DNA of 64,000 nt, from the NCBI RefSeq assembly GCF_947568905.1, contig NC_079169.1, positions 72,540,001 through 72,604,000 of the forward strand. The letters are read 5' to 3'. Source of the DNA: Ostrea edulis. Its lineage: Eukaryota. Position numbers and translations under genes: made by a program. The notes beneath the pieces were generated by a model. The model made no database searches. It was not told the origin of the DNA and saw only the letters and a list, made by a program, of their open reading frames with translations. Positions 12,501-23,447 of this stretch are shown here, in pieces (position 1 is the stretch's first letter; the number at the start of each line of letters is the position of its first letter).

Positions 12501-15500
12501 TTCTTAAAAACCTGACCCAATCAATATCTCTTGAACTATTCAAGATAAAACTGTCATATTTTGTGTATAGATTTTTTATGGCAAGATATTTCATTTCATA
12601 CTATGTTTCTTGACCTTGGAATTTTACCTTCTTTTAAGAAAACATAACCTTTTAAATACCTTCAGAACTATTCAAGTTAGGGCTTTTGATAATTTGTATA
12701 TAGATCCTTTATGACAAGATTTTATGATACAATCGTATTTGATCTTGTGATCTTGACCCACTTTCTTAAAAACCTGACCCAATCAATATCTCTTGAACTA
12801 TTCAAGATAAAACTGTCATATTTTGTGTATAGATTCTTTATGGCAAGACCTTGTTTTACTTTGGTATTTTAACTTGTGACCGTAACCTTGAAGTGCAGCC
12901 TAATTTTAATCAAAATCTGACGTATTCAATATCTTCTGAACTATTCAAGATAGAGATTTCATATTTGTATATAGAATTCTTATGGCCAAATATCGTGCTA
13001 TGATCGACCTGTATGACCTTGGTCTTATCCAGAACAGCAAGATCATGTTAGTCTTATTGGTGTTAAGGTATATCTGTCTTATGTGAATTCATTTTCAGTT
13101 ATGTTGTGATTCTTTCAGGCTAGGTTGAGGCTACAAAATGGGGTCAAAATTGTAATGGGAATAAATATTGATAAGAATATCTTTTAAAAACAACAACAGC
13201 TGAACAACGGCAGGTGCCTCAAGTGAGCGATGTGGCCCATGGGCCTCTTTTTTCCTCTTTTTTTATTTATTCATTTTTGCTTTTGAATCAAGAAGCATTG
13301 TTCAATCGAGTATATCGTGGTCATCTGAAATACCGTTAGGAAATTCTTTTAAATTCTAGTGAATTCATATAATTAAGTTAGTGCTACATGTCAAAAGTAC
13401 AATATTCAAATATTACGAGAGAAGAGCGAGATTTAAAGGAGTCGGGATGTGGAATTAAGCGAACAAAGTGCATTCATATCTAACATAAAAACGTGCAACG
13501 AAGCGCAAAATGTTTTAATCTGGTCTCCTTCTCATGGAATACATGTTTTGTTGAATTCATCACAGAAAGTGATTATTCAGAGTTTTCGTAATCTGGTAAT
13601 ATTTTACATGTGGTCATGGTAAATAGAAAAATACATTTTGGACTTACTGAAGATCAAAAACTAAAACAAATGTGGGCAATTATACAAAATCCTACTCACG
13701 CATGTTATTGGCGACTGTACAGGTGCAGACTCCGTCTACACAGTGTAGTTCTGAGGAATTGTCACAGGCTGTATGAATACAGTCCTTTGGGCTGTTGGTA
13801 ACCGTGCACTTCTCGCACCAAACGTAGACTACCATAAAAAAAAATATTGCAATCAAACGTAGACTACCAAAATTCATTGTAATCAGACGCAGAATATCAA
13901 AAATCATTGTAATCAAACGTAGACTACCAAACAAATCATTTTAATGAGATGTAGACTATCAAAAATCATTGTAATCAAGTAATCAAACGTAAACTACAAA
14001 AAAATCATTGTAATCAGATGCAGACTACAAAAATCATTGTAATCAAACCCAGACTACAAAAAAGCATTGTAATCAGACGCAGACTACAAAAAAGCATTGT
14101 AATCAGACGCAGACTACAAAAAAGCATTGTAATCAAACGCAGACTACAAAAAAGCATTGTAATCAGACGCAGACTACAAAAAAGTATTGTAATCAAACGC
14201 AGACTACAAAAAAGCATTGTAATCAAACGCAGACTATCGAAAATCGTTATATTCACATTTCAAACTGTATTATCTGTGAAAAGCCTTTGAAGCTTAGAGA
14301 ACTTACAGATGCATGTAAATTTCTCAGTTCATGCTAAATGAATGGTTCAGTGGGCAAATTAAGAAATCTGGTGTCTGAGTATCTTTCAATCAAAACAGAC
14401 TTACTGTTTATTTTTTGGTACTTCCTTGGCCTAAAATGTGTCAGCAAACACATATGTACGAGTGAAAATTATATTTTTGTTCTGAAATATTCGTATAGAA
14501 CCAACCAAAAAGGACAAATTATATGATAAACACAGACCTGTATACGCATTCTTGAAATTCTTTAAAAATTGTGAGCTACGTTTAGAGAGTGTTTGGACAA
14601 TCCTCGTTCCAGGTGAAATTTACGGCGTTATATACGGGGGCTGTTCGATATGTAATGTGTATTGTTTTGATTGTCTGATGCTTTCCGCCAGACTCAAAAA
14701 TTTTTCAGTTATATGGTGGCGCCCAGTTTTTATAGGTGGAAGAGAGAACCCAGATACAATGTACCTGGGAAGAGACCACTGACCTTCCGAAAGTAAACTG
14801 GGAAACTTTCTCACTTATCGGCGCGAGCGGGATTCGAGCCCGCGCCGACCAGAGGAGAGAGGCCGTGTGATTTTGAGCGCGATGCTCTAACCACTCGGCC
14901 ACTGAGGCCCCATATCTCAAAAGCATTCGATTCAAATAGTGAAATGAACATTACTCCCTTCAAAGTATTATCCGCGGTTTGAAATTCTCTGAATCCATTT
15001 CTAAAATGCGTCTAAAATTTAGGTAGACTTTGAGGCACTGACTGATGACTGAGCCAAGAGCTTGTCGGGACTTGTAACGACGACCAGATAAGAACTTTTT
15101 TAAGTTTTGGAAAAAGGAAAAAGTCTCATGGGGCTAGATCTGGAGTGTATGGTGGGTGTGGCAAGACGGTAACCTTCTCCGACATCAAAAATTGATTCAC
15201 AAGCTCAGATGTATGTGATGGAGCATTATCATGAAGTAGACGAACATGCCTAAATCCTGACACAGGGCGTCGTTTATGATAATATTTCTTGAGCTTTTTG
15301 GTATAACATCTCGATAATACCGACCTGCAACACTTTTGCCCTTCGGCACCGGAATTTGTACGCATTCGATTCATCATACCATCACATGAGAAGGATATGC
15401 AATAAAGAACCTTCTTTGTGCTTATGGTTATTTTGTCAACTACAGGCCTTCTACCGTGTTAGTTAGTAAATGTTTCCAATTTTTCTTACTGGTTCGAAAT

Positions 15501-16789
15501 AGTGAACCCATGTTTCATCACAAGTAACAATGTTTGCAAATTGTCTTTGATTGTATTTTGAGCGATTGCTTAGTGGTTTGTACTCGTACCCGTTTTCGGT
15601 CATCTGTCAATATTTACGGTATCCATCTGGCAGAAATCTTTCGTACTTTCAAAATACACTTCAAAATGAAATGCACCCGCGATAGCGATATGCCAACGGC
15701 TTTGGCAATATCACGAATCGTGTATCTGCCATCACTTTCAATTATTTCCCTGACTTTTGAGACATTTGCCTTGCCTGTTACAGTCACAGGTCGGCCAGAT
15801 TTTGCTGCATCTTTGACGGACTCTGTGCCAGTAAGAAATTTCTTTCTCCACCTACCGGTACGAATGTAAAACCTATACGGTACCAATTCTGATGCAGCAG
15901 ACGCGCATTTCGACAAATAATGTCTCTTCAGTGATGCTCAAGCCGAACTTTTGGAAATTCGAAATAACAATAAACTTGTAAGAGCTAAAAGGAAAATTAG
16001 AGTGCCAAAAACTGTCTCATAAGATACCTTATCAGACCCATAAACTTCCCCCAATTCAGTAAAAATCTGCATTACCGAATGACCGAGTTTTGTGCGAACT
16101 TTTATATAAGCTCTAATTTCTTCAATATTCTCAACCCGTTTCCCAACCATTTTTACAACAGTGGTCAACGACTGGCTCTATTGAAATGACTATAAGTTTA
16201 AAATTATGTGAAGCTGAAGGCTTGTGTTTATACCGTTGGAAAGATATTGAATAGAGCTATTCAAGAGGATCATCATCCACGAAATCGTGCAAAGCGTTGT
16301 CGCGCTGTGGTACAATACACATTACATATCGAACAACCCTCGTACATGCATATGGTTTGACACGCGTCCTTTATTAACAACATATCATACAATATTAAAA
16401 TTTCAATATACTTCAATATACTTTAAACGTTCTAAAATTTCATGAATAACAATACAACTTCCGAACAAAGCACAAAAAACGACTATTACAACTAATAAGA
16501 AATGTTGCACTAATACTTATCATTAGTGGGTTTTATATCATTAGTTGTTGCTACACGGTTAAGAAAAACAGCTTTATAATTGGATAATGAACGTCATCAA
16601 TGTCAAAAATAAAAGAATTTCAAATATAATCAAATATAAAGTTAACATGTATATGATTTGACACGCGTCCTTTGACAACATATCATACAATTTTGAAAAT
16701 GCAATATACTTTAAAGGTTCTAAAAGATTTCATGAATAACAATACAACTCACGAACAAAGCAAGAGAGAAAAACGACTATCCACTTCAT
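9515..16789 (-). CDS. Secreted 12-Cys serine protease inhibitor, cvSI/MEROPS I84-like (gene A, 88 aa, 3 exons)
   Basis: Exons 16789-16753, 13828-13700 and 9615-9515, with GT-AG phase-1 introns. Protein: MKWIVVFLSCFVLYVWC-EKCTVTNSPKDCIHTACDNSSELHCVDGVCTCTVANNMQCKTLQNCLDLQSWDCPSNRRHCIDNICRCARI*. Signal peptide plus two 6-Cys repeats. Family assignment is by recalled Cys pattern, not a search. Confidence 0.88.
9950..10255 (+). mobile_element. Degenerate tRNA-derived SINE
   Basis: Decayed tRNA-like head, central body and A-rich tail resembling the other SINEs in the window. Confidence 0.45.
10576..10780 (+). mobile_element. tRNA-derived SINE
   Basis: A-box TAGCTCAATGG and B-box GTTCGAGCC, then a body (TCGGATATGACCTTAAAA...GGCCCCGTGTCACGGCAGG) shared with copies at 24.5, 46.4, 48.1 and 63.2 kb. 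Confidence 0.85.
10790..13250 (+). mobile_element. Non-autonomous Helitron/Helentron-like element(s) with internal tandem array
   Basis: Repeated TGACCTTGA / AACTATTCAAG / TTTATGGCAAGA units; 3' end GTGAGCGATGTGGCCCATGGGCCTCTT with palindrome GGCCCATGGGCC, as recalled for oyster Helitron-N elements. Confidence 0.65.
13819..14240. repeat. ~30-bp minisatellite overlapping the intron-1 acceptor of gene A
   Basis: Unit AAAAAGCATTGTAATCAAACGCAGACTACA, ~13 copies; the first partial copy is the exon-2 junction itself. Confidence 0.92.
14635..16342 (-). mobile_element. Mariner transposon (defective transposase) in intron 1 of gene A
   Basis: ~31-bp TIRs CGRGGGYTGTTCGATATGTAATGTGTATTGT with TA TSDs at 14633-14634 and 16343-16344. 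Fragmented ORFs with SGRP, ISARWIP, HDNAPSH and HPPYTPDLAP. Interrupted by a SINE and a ~130-bp insert near 15875-16010. Confidence 0.9.
14695..14911 (-). mobile_element. tRNA-derived SINE (CORE-type) nested in the Mariner
   Basis: Minus-strand head GGGGCCTCAGTGGCCGAGTGGTTAGAGC...CTCGAATCCC followed by GGTCAGTGGTCTCTTCCCAGGTAC...CCACCTATAAAAACTGG. Confidence 0.8.
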
Positions 16790-16807
16790 TCTTAGTTCAG
16801 GTCAAAT

Positions 16808-16848
16808 GACTGATAGGGGACAGTGGCCAGAATGACCTTTTATATATA
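16808..16848 (-). promoter_or_regulatory. Core promoter of gene A (TATA + Inr)
   Basis: TATAAAA at 16844-16838 and TCAGTC Inr at 16813-16808, ~20 nt upstream of the ATG. Confidence 0.7.
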
Positions 16849-16914
16849 ACCAGGACTTCTGTTATCTCCTTGGACAATGACCATTCCAGAGCTATTGTTT
16901 CGTGATATATATAT

Positions 16915-17190
16915 ATATAAAGTACTAAAAATGACCAACGACACGAACAACAGTGAATTGACAAATTTTCAGGACAACCTGTCCCTTCCTCAGGACGATA
17001 GAATATTTACATAGAAAAGAAACTAAATAGAAAAGGAAACTAAAACTACAACTAAACTACAAAAGCTGATAACAAACAAAACGTCTACATATTAAAATTA
17101 TTGAGTGCAATGTGTGGCAATAGAAAAGTTTGTTCCCATCGAGCGTCAAGACAGATCTGAACTGACTAGTCCTACGCTGGATCAAGTCAA
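16915..17190 (-). mobile_element. Young dispersed repeat carrying a hammerhead-like motif (Penelope pLTR/retrozyme-like)
   Basis: Near-identical to 56440-56707 and 56870-57030; minus strand reads GTC-CTGAGGA-A-GGGAC-AGGTT-GTCCT-GAAAATTT. Confidence 0.55.
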
Positions 17191-17969
17191 AAACAAAGAA
17201 CGAGTTAACTAATCAGTATCCTTAAGCGGTACGTTAACTCGTTCTAATGACGGCTTATAATGAGTATTTTGTACCTGGAGGTGTAAAGCTGTATAACTAG
17301 TGTTGAACTGTGATGGAAAATAAAATATCTTACAAAAATTATAAAGTAATATGAAAGTATTAAATCGAAAAATAAATATCCAATTTGATAATGGAGTATG
17401 GAAAAACTGGGGGAAAATAATTAGGGGGACTAAGTAAGGATATCATAAGTAATGAATGAATAAATAAATAAATTGAAAAATGTTTTTCTCAAGGAAAGGC
17501 TTTCATTCACACAGCAGTAATCCATTGTTTGTATGTAATTTGCGTATTCTTCCACCAATGTGTGTTCTCCGAGTCTTTTGATCTCCTCCAGAATTTTCTT
17601 CGTCCTATTGTTTAGTCCGTCATATGAATTTAATTCGCTGACTCTCCAAAATGGGTTAGACATGGGTATTCTGCGGGCGGACACAGTAGAGCTAAATTAC
17701 TTTGCGGTGTTTTTAAACTAGACTCATTAGAAAAATTGGCATTGGAGTGTGAAAGCTTTGGTTCCGTCATGATTGACCTACCATCGCTGCACGAGGGTAG
17801 CACACCCTCAAGATAAGCATTAAAAATGGACTGTTCTAGAGGACCAGCTTCACACAGACTATCTGTAACTGTTTCCTAGGCGTGGTCAACTTCCTTGTCG
17901 CTTAAACCGACATAAGCTTCCCCTCTTGGCTGCTGATCTAGTTGGAGATCGACCTTCTGTAGAGTATCC

Positions 17970-18180
17970 TATAGTATATCATTCTGACACGAACCTGGAT
18001 TATTCTGAAATACATCAATCTGGGACAAGATTTTCAAGGAGTATATGATCACTTTGAGATGGGCCTAGGTTATCCCGGAGTTCAACATTCTGACACGGGC
18101 TTAGATTATCCTTAAGTACATCATTCTGCCATGAGCCTAGATTGTCTTGGAGTACACCATTCTGCCATGGGCCTAGGTTT
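17970..18180. repeat. Degenerate ~36-bp minisatellite
   Basis: Recurring CATTCTG(A/C)CA(C/T)G..CCTAG(A/G)TT units. Confidence 0.6.
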
Positions 18181-18229
18181 TATAAACTGTAGGCCTATAT
18201 AATATATTATACATGCAGGCCTACTTGAT

Positions 18230-19236
18230 AGGGGGAGTAGACAACAAAATAGTGTGACATTTTCCCGTCGTGACGTAATGTTTCATTGTGACGTCAAATA
18301 GTACCTCCTAGGCACCTCTGGTTAAGCTGGTACCCCCCCCCCTCCCCTGATTGTAGTCTCGTTCAACCAGACACTCGGCTCTCTCCGCAAATCTCCGACG
18401 AGCAGAAATAGCGCAGACATTAGGTATTTCACATGGTAGCGTTTCAACAATCTTACATAATCGTTTAGGTATGCGCAAGCTAACAGCCTGTTGGGTCCCC
18501 AAATCCCTTAGCGATGAGCAAATGGCAACCAGAGCATCAGTATGCAGCGCCTTGTTGAAGCATTTTAGGTCAAAAGATGATTTTCTGTTGCGTCTGGTGA
18601 CTGTAGATGAGACTTGGGTTCATTATTATGAGCAAGAGAATAAAGCTCAGAGTCGTCAGTGGCTAGGGCCTAGGTCACTGAGGCCAAAGAAGTTCACGAC
18701 GCAACCATCTGCTGGCAAGCTGATGGCCACAGTATTTTGGGACGCAAAAGGCTTTATTATGTTGGACCTGTTACCCAAGAGAAGTACAATAATTGGAGTG
18801 TACTATTGAAACTTGCTAGACCAGCTGAGAACCGCCATCCATGAAAAACGCCGAGGTAAACTCTCTAAATGTGTTTTGCAGTAACAGGACAACGCGTCCA
18901 CATTTGGAAAGTTGTAATGGATACTGTAGAGCGAAACGGGTATGAATTAATACCACATCCTGCCTATTCGCCTGACCTAGCTTCTAGCGACTTCTTCCTA
19001 TTCCCAAACTTCAAAAAGGATATCCATGGACGCCATGTCTGGTCTGACAAAGAAGTCGTGACGGCAGTTGAGGAGTGGGTCAATGGAAAGGATCCTGAAT
19101 TTTTCAGTTCTGGGCTGTGGCACTTGAACACCGTTGGTTTAAGTGCATCACACTAGTGGTCAATTACATCGAAAAAGAAAAGGTGTATCTCAACTGGGAA
19201 TAAGTTTGGCTGGTTACCTATTGATTCGCCCTCGTA
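18230..19236 (+). mobile_element. Mariner transposon remnant (D,D34D-type, pseudogenised)
   Basis: ORFs with WVPK, VTVDETWVHYY, SAGKLMATVFWD and HPAYSPDLASSDFFLF, broken by stops and frameshifts; right end ATTGATTCGCCCTCG-TA. Confidence 0.88.
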
Positions 19237-19344
19237 CCATGAAATGAAAGAAACTTAAGAGTTTACTCTACCTGATACAGCCCTTACTCTGCATGCACAT
19301 ACTGCAATCATCGATCATTTTCCATTTTTATTTACACAAGTATA

Positions 19345-20785
19345 GGTTTTTAGGTCACCTGAGTTTACTCAGCAATTGGTTGTCATCTGGCGTTGTTCGT
19401 TGAGCGTTAACAATTGAACATACGATGATAAATTGCACTGTATAGGGGACGTTAGAAATTAAAATATTCTAGGTGCGAGTCAATGCTATCAAAACTCAGG
19501 TATACTGGGGCTTTCCTCAAGATCTGAAGACTGCCGGTCATCATTAGCCATGATTGTTATCAAAACATCTTTCTCAGGTAGCTGTAGACCATGGTCTCTG
19601 CAAACGTCAATCACCCTAAGCTCTATTGTTAAAAGTTTGATTGACCAGCGGCTTATCATTGATCATGACACAGGTAAAATTTGGGGGCGTTAACTTAAAG
19701 TTGGGTCTTTAATAACTGCCATTCCAATTCTTTTCAAATTTGGTATGAAGCATCATTGGGACAAAGGGGACATAAATTATAAATTTCAGTACTCCTACAC
19801 TTCTAAGGCCTGAGGGGCGGAGCAAAAACTGCCCAAAATTTACCAATTTTTCAAAAATCTTCTTCCCTAGAACTGCATATGTGTAAGAAAAACTAAATGC
19901 ATAGTGATGTAGAGCAGGAAGGTCTCTACCAAAATTGTAAATTTCATGATCTCCAGGGTAGAGGTTCTGACCCCAGGGTGGGACCAAACTTGGTACAAAG
20001 CGTTTATGTGTAAAACATTTGAATAACATCTTCTTTAGTGCTATTGATACTACATTAAAATTAAATGGATATTTAGAAACAACAGGTTCGCCCCAGTAGT
20101 CTTTTACCAAAATTGTAAATTTGATGATCCCAGGTGTAGGTGTTTTTGGTATCAGGGTGGGGCCAAAATGGCCAGTTATTGAATGTGTGAAGAATAGAAC
20201 ATTTTATGCCCCCTTCAAAGAAGAGGGTCATATTGCTTTGCACCTATCGGCCGGTCGGTAGACCACATGTTGTCCGCTCAATATCTTGAGAACCATTAAC
20301 TTGATCGTAATGATATTTCATATGTGGGTTGGATATGAGTACAAGAGTATCCCTATTGTTTTTCAGGTCAAAAGGTCAAGGGTCAATCTACTCTAGACAT
20401 AAAAATATACTGTTCGCTCAATGTCTTGAGAACCCTTTGCTTGACAGATATCAAAACTTAATACACTGGTACAACTTCAGTAGAAGATGACCCTTACTGA
20501 TTTTGAGACCACCTGGTTAAAGGTCAAGGTTCAAACTGGACATAGCAATATACTGTCTGCTCAATATCTTGAGAACGCTTTGCTTGACAGACATCAAACT
20601 TGGTACACTGGTATATATTCACAAGAAGATGTCCCCTACTGATTTTGAGGCCACGTGGTCAAAGGTCAAAGGTCAAACTGGACATAGGAATACTAGTATA
20701 CTGTGTGCTCAATGTCTTGAGAACCCTTTGCTTGACAAACATCAAACTTGTTAGACTAATACATCCTTAGGAGAAGATGATTTCA
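19345..20785. mobile_element. Adjacent non-autonomous Helitron-like fragments with an inserted ~220-bp repeat
   Basis: 5'-type ends TTTTAGGTCACCTGAG and TTTTATGCCCCCTTC; ~170-bp internal units; 19487-19710 matches 12175-12372. Confidence 0.55.
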
Positions 20786-21212
20786 GTCCCATCGTCAACT
20801 TCCCATATTTCTGTAGCAATATTCCGTTATCACCTGTATATGGTGTTTATATCTCTCAACTGATTCGATACCCAAAATTTTCTTTTGTGTATGATCAGTT
20901 TTTGAATCGAGGCAGTCGTTATAATGATCTAGATTGCCAATGCAACCTATCATTGGGACAAATGCTGTCTGGCGTGTTTTATACCGATTGTTAGACCGTT
21001 CGTGGCAACTGATTTTGACTACGGATTACTCCATTATCCCATCAAGACGTAGGACTCACGGTGGGTGTGACCGGTTGAAAGGGGACATTTGCTCCTAGGC
21101 ACATGATCTCACCTCTGGTATGTCTAGGAGTTCGTGTTTAATTGTCCAACTCTTTATTTTGTATTCCTTACAGGAGTTATAAGATTGATCACTGCTCGTT
21201 ATCTTCATTTTT
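20783..21212 (+). mobile_element. Penelope-like element 3' fragment
   Basis: Homologous to 4550-5058 (CCATCGTCAACTTCCCATATTT ... GATCACTG..CGTTATCTTCA). Confidence 0.75.
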
Positions 21213-21904
21213 CGGAGTTGACAATGACACCAGTACTTATTTTTCCACTTTCTATTGGGAATTTAGATATGGATGTGCATAACCTAACTACATAATTTCT
21301 CATGCTTGAAAACTTTTAACATTGATGAAAATCTATGAAGTATCTGCCGCCATTTTATGCAGGAAATTATTTCCGCGCATGTGTCGATTTAACAAACCGG
21401 CGCAAAGTGTGTAACATGCCAACATGGACTCCAAAATGAGTGTGACAAAATTCATGTACACACCGGAAACTCAAACAATTAGCAATTTTACATTTTTTGA
21501 ATCGAGGGTGATGAAAATAATAATTTCATATCCCACTATACGGGTGTATGTAGGGGGGGGGGGGGTAGAAAAATGTAGCGGAATAAACGAGTGTGTTCAT
21601 ATTCGTGTAGTAGGTTTCAGCTTACAAACCCCAATATACAAGCAAATGGGACTCACGTGAAATTCACATGAATTTCGGGTGAAAAAGGCATCAAATATGA
21701 ATTCACACGAGAAAATTTTCATGTGAGCTTCACGCGAAATCCATGTCAATTTCACGTGAAAATTTTAACATGAATTTCATTTCAAGTTAATCTTTTAATG
21801 ATAAACTGACGTAAAAGTATTAACAGATTTCATGGAGACTTTGTACTCTGAATCTTATGTAAACTTTATCAATCTGATTTTTTCCCAATGTTTGGTGACA
21901 AGTA

Positions 21905-22228
21905 TACCAAAAGTGTCTGATCCACAAAGTAGATATTAGGTCAAATAGAAAAATTATATAAAGCACAAAGTAGATACTAGGTCAAATAGAAAAATTATTT
22001 AAAGCACAAAGTAGATACTAGGTCAAATAGAAAAATTATATAAAGAACAAAGTATATACTAGGTCAAATAGAAAAATTATTTAAAGCACAAAGTAGATAC
22101 TAGGTCAAATAGAAAAATTATTTAAAGCACAAAGTAGATACTAGGTCAAATAGAAAAATTATATAAAGCACAAAGTAGATACTAGGTCAAATAGAAAAAT
22201 TGCATAAAGCACAAAATGACCAACGACA
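21905..22228. repeat. 41-bp minisatellite (~7 copies) within a truncated copy of the 16.9/56.4-kb repeat
   Basis: Unit AAGTAGATACTAGGTCAAATAGAAAAATTATATAAAGCACA, flanked by CCAAAAGTGTCTGATC and AAAATGACCAACGACAC as in 56385-56460. Confidence 0.85.
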
Positions 22229-22717
22229 CTATAGATAGTCAAAGATGTACCAAAAAGTTGTTGGGGGTGTACATCGTTTACTATCTGTGTCCATCTTCTT
22301 TTAAAAACATTTTCGTTTGTAATATATACACATGTATATAACTAATTTATGACAATAAATTGTTTATGTGGTTGCTTTGTGTTGGGGCTAATTTTAGCCT
22401 TCACGTACATGTCATGACTGCGCATGCTCATTTTATTCTTTGTTACATTGTGTACATTGTATTTCAAGTCAGTAAGAAAAGAGTCGATCGACCAAAAACA
22501 CCACTTATTGTAAAAAAAAAAAAAAAAAAAAAAACAACGGGAGACTGTATATATCAATATTGGAGTTTGGGTTACCTATTTCACCAGGTAAATATTTGAC
22601 TTTTGGACTGATTACTTCGTAATTGCCAAAGCGTCCCTTCCTTGGCGAGAAAATATTTTGCACCAATAGTAACGTTGATAAGTAAACGTTCATTGTGACG
22701 TCATAACGTCGGGTAGC

Positions 22718-22772
<55 letters not shown>

Positions 22773-23447
22773 AAATTCATATATATATCACAGTATCCGG
22801 CAATAAATAGAAAGTTTTTGAATAATTGACAACACTAGTAAAACGTAAGCGCGTATCCAATACGCCAGTTTCGAGATTAGAGCTCTCCTGTGTAGAAGGT
22901 GCATTTAGTGGAACTTTGAATTCTTAGGTGGGACAGAGTGGTACCACAGTCAGTGAGAAAGACTATAAAATGTATAAAAACCGACTTCTTATTAAATACT
23001 TGATGTAGGAAATGTAAAATACTGTCAAAAGAAATGTTTTACTAAAGTGGAAACATAAATACAATGTTATATTTTCAAGCAATGTCCTGGATATTATAGC
23101 TAGGAGCAACACAATAACGTGATATAATAAGAATTCTAAGTATTTAATTACTTCTTGAATACTTATCATTTACTTAGTTTGTGTATCAGTCGAAATTGGG
23201 TGATGAAACTGCGTATGATAAACTTACTGAGCAGATTCATTTATGCAGTGATGCATATCTGTCCCACTCCCGCGTGTAAACAAGTTTTTCTGCAACTTAC
23301 TAAGTACGAGAGTTTTCCAAAGGGAAATAACTCGGACGTATCTCGAAACCGGCGTAAACCAAAAATTCCTTCGACCAGCTTTTTGACAGAGCATTGCTTG
23401 ATAGTTTAAAAAAGGTATCGTAGTATCATACATTTCAATTTATTGAT

